From positions 1 through 22,444 of the forward strand of contig JBFMGU010000177.1 in the NCBI GenBank assembly GCA_040752415.1: a stretch of 22,444 nucleotides of DNA, written 5' to 3'. This document shows, in pieces, positions 16,673 to 22,444 of the stretch (within the stretch, counting starts at the first letter, position 1; each line of letters opens with the position of its first letter). Below the pieces are notes generated by a model. It was not told where the DNA came from. It did no database searches and saw only the letters and a list, made by a program, of their open reading frames with translations. The DNA is from Myxococcota bacterium (GTDB taxonomy: Bacteria; Myxococcota; JACRCW01). Both the position numbers and the translations under genes were made by a program.

Positions 16673-17956
16673 ATGGCCAACCTCATCATCACCAACGCCT
16701 GCAACCTGAGCTGTCCGTTCTGCTTCGCCTCCGAGTACCTGGCGGATGGCGACGGCGTTCCGGCCGAGCGCATGTCGTTGGAGGAGGTGGCCGAGCACCT
16801 GGAGTTCATTGGCGAGGGACCGGTCCGCTTCTGCGGCGGTGAGCCCACCACCCACCCCGACTTCACCCGCATGCTGGACCTGGCGCTGGAGCATCCCCGT
16901 CGCCAGGTCTTCATGATGACCAACGCGGTCTGGCCCGCCTCCGTGCGGGAGCACGTGCGCCGGCTGTCCACCGCCGACCGCGTGCGGCTGCGCTACCTCG
17001 TCAACATCCTGGAGCCCGCGCTGTACACCGACGCGCAGTGGAGCCAGCTCGTCGAGACGCTTGCGGTGATGCACCCGCTGGCGGTCACGCTGGGCATCAC
17101 GCTGTACCGCGCGCCCATGAGCTACGCGCACGTGCTGGAGCTGGCGGAGTGCAACGGCATCCAGCGCATCCGCTTCAGCGTGGCCTCGCCCAACACCACC
17201 GACCCGCGCTCGTGGAACCTGGAGCCGCAGCGGGACTTCCCCATCCTCGCGCCACTGGTGCACGCGCTGGTGATGGATGCGCGTTCACGCGGGCTGCTGG
17301 TGCACTCCGACTGCGGCTACATCCCGCCGTGCTTCTTCACCGCGCAGCAGATCCGTGACCTCCGCGACGCCACCGGCCATCCGCCCGCCGTGGAGTTCCG
17401 CTGCGAGGGCCCGGTGGACCTGGGTCCCGGCGGGGAGGCGTGGCGGTGTTATGGCCTGTTCTCGTCGCTGCGCGCGCGCACGCACGAGTTCGAGAACGCC
17501 GCCGAGCTGGGGGACTACTTCGAACGCCAGACCGCGCTGTTCCACGACCGCTTCATGTTCGACGCGTGCCGCGACTGCGACTGGCGCGCCCGCGGGGAAT
17601 GCGCCGGTGGCTGCTACGCGTACCGGGCCACGCGCGACATGAAGCGCCGCGCCGCCTCTGGGCTGGTGCAGATTGGCGAGGACCGACGGGTGATGGACGC
17701 GGTGCCGAGCATCAATGAGCAGAACCTGCACGGCCGCCTGGGAACGTGGATGGTGCGTGAGCAGGACACCTGGGTTCCGCTGCACACCTCCGCGGTGGAA
17801 GCCCACGTTCTCCGCGCCTGCGACGGCGCGCGCACCGTCCGTGACGTCGTCACCGAGCTGGAGCGGAACGGCGTGCTGCGCCAGGGAGTCCCCGCGGTGA
17901 CCCGCGCGGTGCGCAAGCTGTTCGAGCAGGGCGCCATCACGCTTTCCCCCGCGTGA
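16673..17956 (+). CDS. Radical SAM/SPASM-domain protein with C-terminal PqqD/RRE-like domain, 427 aa
   Basis: CNLSCPFC (CX3CX2C), GGEPTTHPDF, MTNA; SPASM-like FRC...GEAWRC...CRDCDWRARGECAGGC; C-terminal VLRACDGARTVRDVVTEL...VRKLFEQGAI. Confidence 0.92.
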   Translation: MANLIITNACNLSCPFCFASEYLADGDGVPAERMSLEEVAEHLEFIGEGPVRFCGGEPTTHPDFTRMLDLALEHPRRQVFMMTNAVWPASVREHVRRLSTADRVRLRYLVNILEPALYTDAQWSQLVETLAVMHPLAVTLGITLYRAPMSYAHVLELAECNGIQRIRFSVASPNTTDPRSWNLEPQRDFPILAPLVHALVMDARSRGLLVHSDCGYIPPCFFTAQQIRDLRDATGHPPAVEFRCEGPVDLGPGGEAWRCYGLFSSLRARTHEFENAAELGDYFERQTALFHDRFMFDACRDCDWRARGECAGGCYAYRATRDMKRRAASGLVQIGEDRRVMDAVPSINEQNLHGRLGTWMVREQDTWVPLHTSAVEAHVLRACDGARTVRDVVTELERNGVLRQGVPAVTRAVRKLFEQGAITLSPA

Positions 17957-18052
17957 GCCACCCGCGACGCACCCACCGCACACCCTTCCCGACATGGGCC
18001 GCGAACGCGCTGCGCCCTCAAGCGGTGCGCGGAATGTGCCGTTGGGCGGGAC

Positions 18053-18964
18053 ATGACCCTCACCTCGGAACGGGCCCCCCTGATCCGGCGTCCCACGCGG
18101 ACGCACGAGATCACGCTCACCGACCCCTCGGACCTGAGCGACGTGGAGGACATGCTGCGTGACCACGTCACGCGGGGCACGCTGGAGCTCCCTCCCCTAC
18201 CGGGAACCGCCGCGGAGCTGCACCGCCTGGCCTCCGACCCGCGCGCCACCCTGGACGACGTGGGCAAGCTGGTGGAACGGGAAGCCAACCTGGCCTCCCG
18301 CGTCATGCGCGTGGCCAACTCCCCCGTGCTGCGCGGGACCAGCCCGGTCACCGATCTCCGACGGGCCATCACCCGCCTGGGCATTGCCGGCGTGCGCGAC
18401 CTGGCCATGGCCGTCTCCATGGGCCGGGTGCTGCGGAGCGGGCCGCTGCTCAAGGAGACGCAGCGCGTGGTCACGCATTCCTTCGCCGTGGCGTGCGGCG
18501 TGCAGTGGGTGTGCAAGCAGCTCCAGCTTGACGCGCAATACGGGTTCCTGTGCGGCCTGATGCATGACATCGGCAGCATTGCGTTGCTCTCGGTGCTTGC
18601 GCCCATGGCGGAACGTGACCCGCGCCTGCGCAACGTTTCCGCCGTCGGAAAGCTGGTGGACGGGCTGCACGCGGAGACCGGCGGGCTGGTGCTGCAACAC
18701 TGGCGGATGCCGTCGCTGGTGGCGGACGTGGCGCGGTGGCATCACCGTCCCCACCAGGCCGGCGCGGCCATGCCCATGACGCTGGTGGTGGCGGCGGTGA
18801 ACGACGCGGCCCGGCCCGAGGTGAGCGGAGCGCAGCGGGTGGCGCGCCTGGCGCAGACTCCCGGTGTGTACCAGGCCGGCCTCACCCCGGCGCATTTCCC
18901 CATGCTGGCCCGCCTGCTCGACGACGCGCTCTCCGACGAGATGGTCCAGTCGCTCGCGGCGTGA
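18053..18964 (+). CDS. HDOD domain signalling protein, 303 aa
   Basis: LPPLP, LASRVMRVANSP, AITRLG, HSFAVA, GLMHDIG, HAETGGLVLQHWRMP...VARWHH. Confidence 0.92.
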   Translation: MTLTSERAPLIRRPTRTHEITLTDPSDLSDVEDMLRDHVTRGTLELPPLPGTAAELHRLASDPRATLDDVGKLVEREANLASRVMRVANSPVLRGTSPVTDLRRAITRLGIAGVRDLAMAVSMGRVLRSGPLLKETQRVVTHSFAVACGVQWVCKQLQLDAQYGFLCGLMHDIGSIALLSVLAPMAERDPRLRNVSAVGKLVDGLHAETGGLVLQHWRMPSLVADVARWHHRPHQAGAAMPMTLVVAAVNDAARPEVSGAQRVARLAQTPGVYQAGLTPAHFPMLARLLDDALSDEMVQSLAA

Positions 18965-19032
18965 TCGACCCGGGTTGGGTCCGTCACAACGCGTATGCAG
19001 CATGCTCCCGTTCAGCTCGTGCGGTGACCGGG

Positions 19033-20853
19033 TCAGGAGCAGTTCCCGGTCGACGCGGGTGAGATGACGGTGGGGCTCATCACGCACGCACCAGCGGCAT
19101 CAAGACGGATGACGCCCGCGCCACCACCACCACCTCCGCCGCCGTCATTGTTGGGAGAGGCATTGGCGGGTGAGGTGGGCGTGACGTTGTCCGTGCCGCC
19201 GTCGCCACCGTCTTCGGCGCTGCCACCGCCGGTGCCGCCATTTGCCGCGTTGGCGTCGTCGGGGTGGCCGTCGGCGCCGCTCAGTCCGTCGGTGGGATCC
19301 CCGTTTCCGCCGCCCCCGCCGCCGCCGTTGGCGGTGATGCTCCCGGTGACCTGCAGGACGTCCGCCTGCACCAGGATTCCTCCGCCACTGCCACCGCCCC
19401 CGCCGCCACCATGGTCGGACGTTCCACCGCCGCCACCGCCACCGGCCGCGGTGATGCCTCCCGCCACCACCAGCCTCCCGCTCACGGAAAGCTGCAGCGC
19501 TCCGCCACCGCCTCCGCCGGCGGCGTATCCCCCGTTGGGCGTGTCGCCCGGTCCGCCACGTCCACCACGACACCCGCCGCGCAGGGGCTCGAGACCGAGG
19601 TCGGCGCTCTGCCCGCCACCGTTGCCTCCGGCGCCATTGCCCTCGTCACCATCGCCACCGTCGGCACCGTCCTGCCCAAAGCCACCACCGCCGCCCCCAC
19701 CGCTACCGCCACCCCGACGGTCCGCACCGTTCTGCGGCAGGATGCATCCCCGGTCCGCCCCCGGTCCGCCCTGGTTGCCTTGCGCCGACGCCGTGATGAA
19801 GGTGCCCGGCACAATCTCCGCGTCTCCATAGACGGCCAGGATGGCCGGCCGGCTCCCGCGCACCGCGATGGAGCCCGTGGCGACGCGCAGTCCGCTCATG
19901 ATCACCACCAGCGCGTCGGAACCGTCGCTCAACGTGATGGTCTCCGCCCGCGGCGTGGGGCCGCACCATGTCGGGAAGTTCTGCGGCCCGTCGGTGTCGA
20001 TGCGCGCGTCGCAGGTGATGGTGACCAGTGGTTCATTGGCGCCGTTCCAGGTCGCGGGGTCGAAGTTTGCCGGCGGATAGCCGAACACGCCACCCGACGA
20101 GGAGGAGCTCGACGAGGAGGAGCTCGACGAGGATGAGCTCGACGAGGATGAGCTCGACGAGGAGGACGATGAAGATGAACTGCTCGAAGCGCTCGAGCTG
20201 GATGAGGTGGATGAGAGGCTCGAAGAGCTCGTGCTGGAGGAGGTGGATGAGACGCTCGAGGAGCTCGTGCTCGACGAGGCGGATGAGGCGGTGGAGCTGG
20301 TCGAGCTGGCCGAGACCGGGGAGCTGCTGGACGTGGTGCCGCCAGATGACGACGACGACGAGGCGCTGCTCGACGCCGTTCCCGTGGAGCCCGTGCTCGA
20401 CGTCGACGTGGTGCCTCCGGACGCGGAGCTTCCCGTGGACGAGGCAACGCTTCCACTGGAGCTGCTCGTCACCGAAGACGAAGACCCGTTGCTCGACGAG
20501 ACGGAGCCACTTCCCGACGAGCTGGAGCCCGTGGAGGAGGAGACCGACGCCGCCGTGCTGGAAGATGCGGACGCGCTGGCCGTGCTGGACGCGCCGGAGC
20601 TGGTGGACGCGCCAACACTGGCGGAAGCGGAGCTGCCCTCGGATCCCGACGTCGCCACGCACACACCGTCCTGGCAGGACTCACCGGACTGGCACCCGGA
20701 CGCGCAGGTGCGACGACAGATGCCTTCGCTGCACGCATAGCCCAGTGCGCAGTCCGAGCTTTCCACACACGTGTACGTCGCCTCGGTGGTGACGCCCGGG
20801 CAAGCGGTGAGCAGCAATGCCTGCAGAACAAGCGGCCCGGCCATGCGCCCCAT
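19033..20853 (-). CDS. Lipoprotein: 8-Cys module, long Ser/Thr-rich linker, glycine-rich C-terminal domain
   Basis: LLLTAC lipobox, CVESSDCALGYACSEGICRRTCASGCQSGESCQDGVC, poly-Ser, then repeated poly-Gly runs alternating with beta strands (GGGGGGALQLSV, GGGGGSGGGILVQA, GGGGGAGVIRL). Start could be 20883, 20853 or 20844. Confidence 0.85.
   Translation of the reverse strand: MGRMAGPLVLQALLLTACPGVTTEATYTCVESSDCALGYACSEGICRRTCASGCQSGESCQDGVCVATSGSEGSSASASVGASTSSGASSTASASASSSTAASVSSSTGSSSSGSGSVSSSNGSSSSVTSSSSGSVASSTGSSASGGTTSTSSTGSTGTASSSASSSSSSGGTTSSSSPVSASSTSSTASSASSSTSSSSVSSTSSSTSSSSLSSTSSSSSASSSSSSSSSSSSSSSSSSSSSSSSSSSSSSSGGVFGYPPANFDPATWNGANEPLVTITCDARIDTDGPQNFPTWCGPTPRAETITLSDGSDALVVIMSGLRVATGSIAVRGSRPAILAVYGDAEIVPGTFITASAQGNQGGPGADRGCILPQNGADRRGGGSGGGGGGGFGQDGADGGDGDEGNGAGGNGGGQSADLGLEPLRGGCRGGRGGPGDTPNGGYAAGGGGGGALQLSVSGRLVVAGGITAAGGGGGGGTSDHGGGGGGGSGGGILVQADVLQVTGSITANGGGGGGGNGDPTDGLSGADGHPDDANAANGGTGGGSAEDGGDGGTDNVTPTSPANASPNNDGGGGGGGGAGVIRLDAAGACVMSPTVISPASTGNCS
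20095..20166. repeat. 15-bp tandem repeat (nearly 5 copies) encoding poly-Ser
   Basis: CGACGAGGA(G/T)GAGCT units starting 20095, 20110, 20125, 20140 and partial 20155. Confidence 0.9.
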
Positions 20854-20949
20854 CACGGACGATCCGCGAAACTCCGTCGCCATGGTTGACAATGCTACCA
20901 GCCCCTGTCCCACTCACAAGCCCGAGGCGCGCCTGACGGGGTCGTCGCT

Positions 20950-22029
20950 TCAACCATCGACGTCATCCAGCAGCGCTTCGGACAGCAGGCCGGTATTCAT
21001 CCCGGTCCCGGTCAGCTCGTCCAGCTCCAGGGTGGCCTCCTCGTCGTCGGAGAGCAGCTCGGAGAGGCGGACGCGCTCGGGGTCGGTGTGCGGCGGAAAG
21101 AGCGCGTTCATGAATGCTCCCACGTCGGGCGCGCGTCCCTCACCGCTGCCGTTCAGCCATGCCAGCAGCGCCGCGCGCATCTCCTCCGCGGCCTGCCACC
21201 GACGTGATGGCTCCTTCTCCAACGCCTTGAGACAGATGCGCTCCAGCTCGGGCGGGGCCTTGGGGTTGAGCTCACGGGGCGGCGCCGGCTCGCGTTCCAG
21301 GACGGATTCCAGCACCTCCAGGTCGCTCTCACCGCGGAAGGGGCGCGACAGCGTCAGCAGCTCGTAGAGGATCACCCCCACGGAGAAGAGGTCGGAGCGC
21401 GCATCCAGCGGCTTGGCGTCAATTCCCTCGGGTGCCACGTAGCGCGCCTTGCCGCGCAGGATCCCCGCCGCGGTGTGGCCCGCGCCAAACGCCGCGTGGC
21501 GCGCCTTGGCAATCCCGAAGTCCACCAGCTTCACCTCGCCGCCGTAGGTGATGAGGATGTTCTCCGGGCTCATGTCGCGGTGGATGAGTCCCAGCGGTCT
21601 CCCGTCGGGGCCGCACAGGTTGTGCACGTAGCCCAGTCCCGCGAGCACATCCGCGAGCACCCGCGCCACCACGCCGGAGTGCGGGTAGCGTCGTCGTTGC
21701 TGGCAGGCAATGGCCACCTGCTTGAGGTTCCGCCCCTCCACGAACTCGATGATGAGCGCGTGACCACCGCGCCCGGTGGCCAGGTCCAACACCTTCACAA
21801 TGCGCTCGTGGGAGAACGTCCGCGCCAGCGCCGCCTCGCGCAGGAACATCCGTCGGGATTCCGCGTCGTTGCTCAGCTCCGCGCGCAGGCGCTTGATCAC
21901 CGCGGGTTGCGCGCCCCGGTCCTCGCGTCGGGCCAGGTACACCTCCGCCATCCCGCCCCGCCCCAACAACCCCAGGACGCGATATCCCGCGAAGGTGGTT
22001 CCCGCCTGCAGCTCCCCCGTTTGCTCCAT
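20950..22029 (-). CDS. Cytoplasmic Ser/Thr protein kinase, about 359 aa
   Basis: GRGGMAEVY, AVIK, HRDMSPEN, DFGIAK, GKARYVAPE, DARSDLFSVG; short acidic tail, no TM. Start ATG 22029 or GTG 22053. Confidence 0.94.
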   Translation of the reverse strand: MEQTGELQAGTTFAGYRVLGLLGRGGMAEVYLARREDRGAQPAVIKRLRAELSNDAESRRMFLREAALARTFSHERIVKVLDLATGRGGHALIIEFVEGRNLKQVAIACQQRRRYPHSGVVARVLADVLAGLGYVHNLCGPDGRPLGLIHRDMSPENILITYGGEVKLVDFGIAKARHAAFGAGHTAAGILRGKARYVAPEGIDAKPLDARSDLFSVGVILYELLTLSRPFRGESDLEVLESVLEREPAPPRELNPKAPPELERICLKALEKEPSRRWQAAEEMRAALLAWLNGSGEGRAPDVGAFMNALFPPHTDPERVRLSELLSDDEEATLELDELTGTGMNTGLLSEALLDDVDG

Positions 22030-22444
22030 GGGAGCGGATGGTGACCGCGTCACACGCGGAGGGCAAGACCACTCCGTCGGCGCGCGGGAATCACGCCGCC
22101 TTGGCCGCGGGAGTGAACCCCGACTGGCTGCCCTTCTGCATCAGCTGGGTCTCATCCCCGGGTTCGATGCACGGCGCGGTGGAGGAAGTACATGAGGCCC
22201 ATGGTGATCAGCATGGCCGCCGACACCGTCGATGCGACGCAGTCGGATTTTGGGTGCGGCTCTTTTGAAACGACGCTTGGCCGCAGCCGTAAGCACGTCC
22301 GCAGGTGGCCGGCAATGGTCAGCCCGGTGCCGCGCCGTCATGACGACGGAAAACGGCACGCGATGCGACCGGACCGACCGATTCAGCGCGCTGGAGAACC
22401 GGCCTGCAATGTAGGGGCTGCCCGTTGCCGGTAACGCGTGAACG

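Noticed and set aside
16654..16842. Small ORF as RiPP precursor
   Set aside because: Overlaps the radical SAM gene out of frame; no leader/core pattern.
13112..17263. Long antisense ORFs (this 1383-aa one, also 732-3053, 3863-5191, 5808-8192) and off-frame 6295-8280
   Set aside because: Shadows of real genes in high-GC DNA; no motifs.
20207..20740. Highly acidic plus-strand ORF (also 4980-5513)
   Set aside because: Antisense reading of poly-Ser linkers.
22080..22444. Short ORFs at the right end, including a hydrophobic minus-strand peptide (MLITMGLMYFLHRAVHRTRG)
   Set aside because: No motifs or clear RBS; could be intergenic or a gene remnant.

Overview
GC-rich bacterial DNA whose gene content (two eukaryote-like Ser/Thr kinases, a GAF sigma-54 activator, an HDOD protein, Cys-rich/Ser-rich lipoproteins, an EHASV-type ferritin-like protein) suggests Myxococcota (inference). 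Left to right: GAF histidine kinase, stand-alone receiver and beta-carbonic anhydrase (all minus); a decayed GAF-HisKA fragment (+); a Cys-rich/Ser-rich lipoprotein with a fibrinogen-like domain; a 763-aa Ser/Thr kinase translationally coupled to a GAF sigma-54 activator; a 300-bp structured repeat element; a membrane-anchored ferritin-like protein with a sigma-54-like promoter; then (+) a 1710-aa surface lipoprotein, a radical SAM/SPASM enzyme with a C-terminal PqqD/RRE-like domain and an HDOD protein; finally (minus) a second kinase followed by a second Cys-rich/Ser-rich lipoprotein. The most unusual signal is the first kinase, which appears to be fused to ExbB/TolQ/MotA-like helices and an ExbD/TolR-like domain, next to an activator with GAHSTA instead of GAFTGA. 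All domain calls are by eye from motifs; no searches were run.
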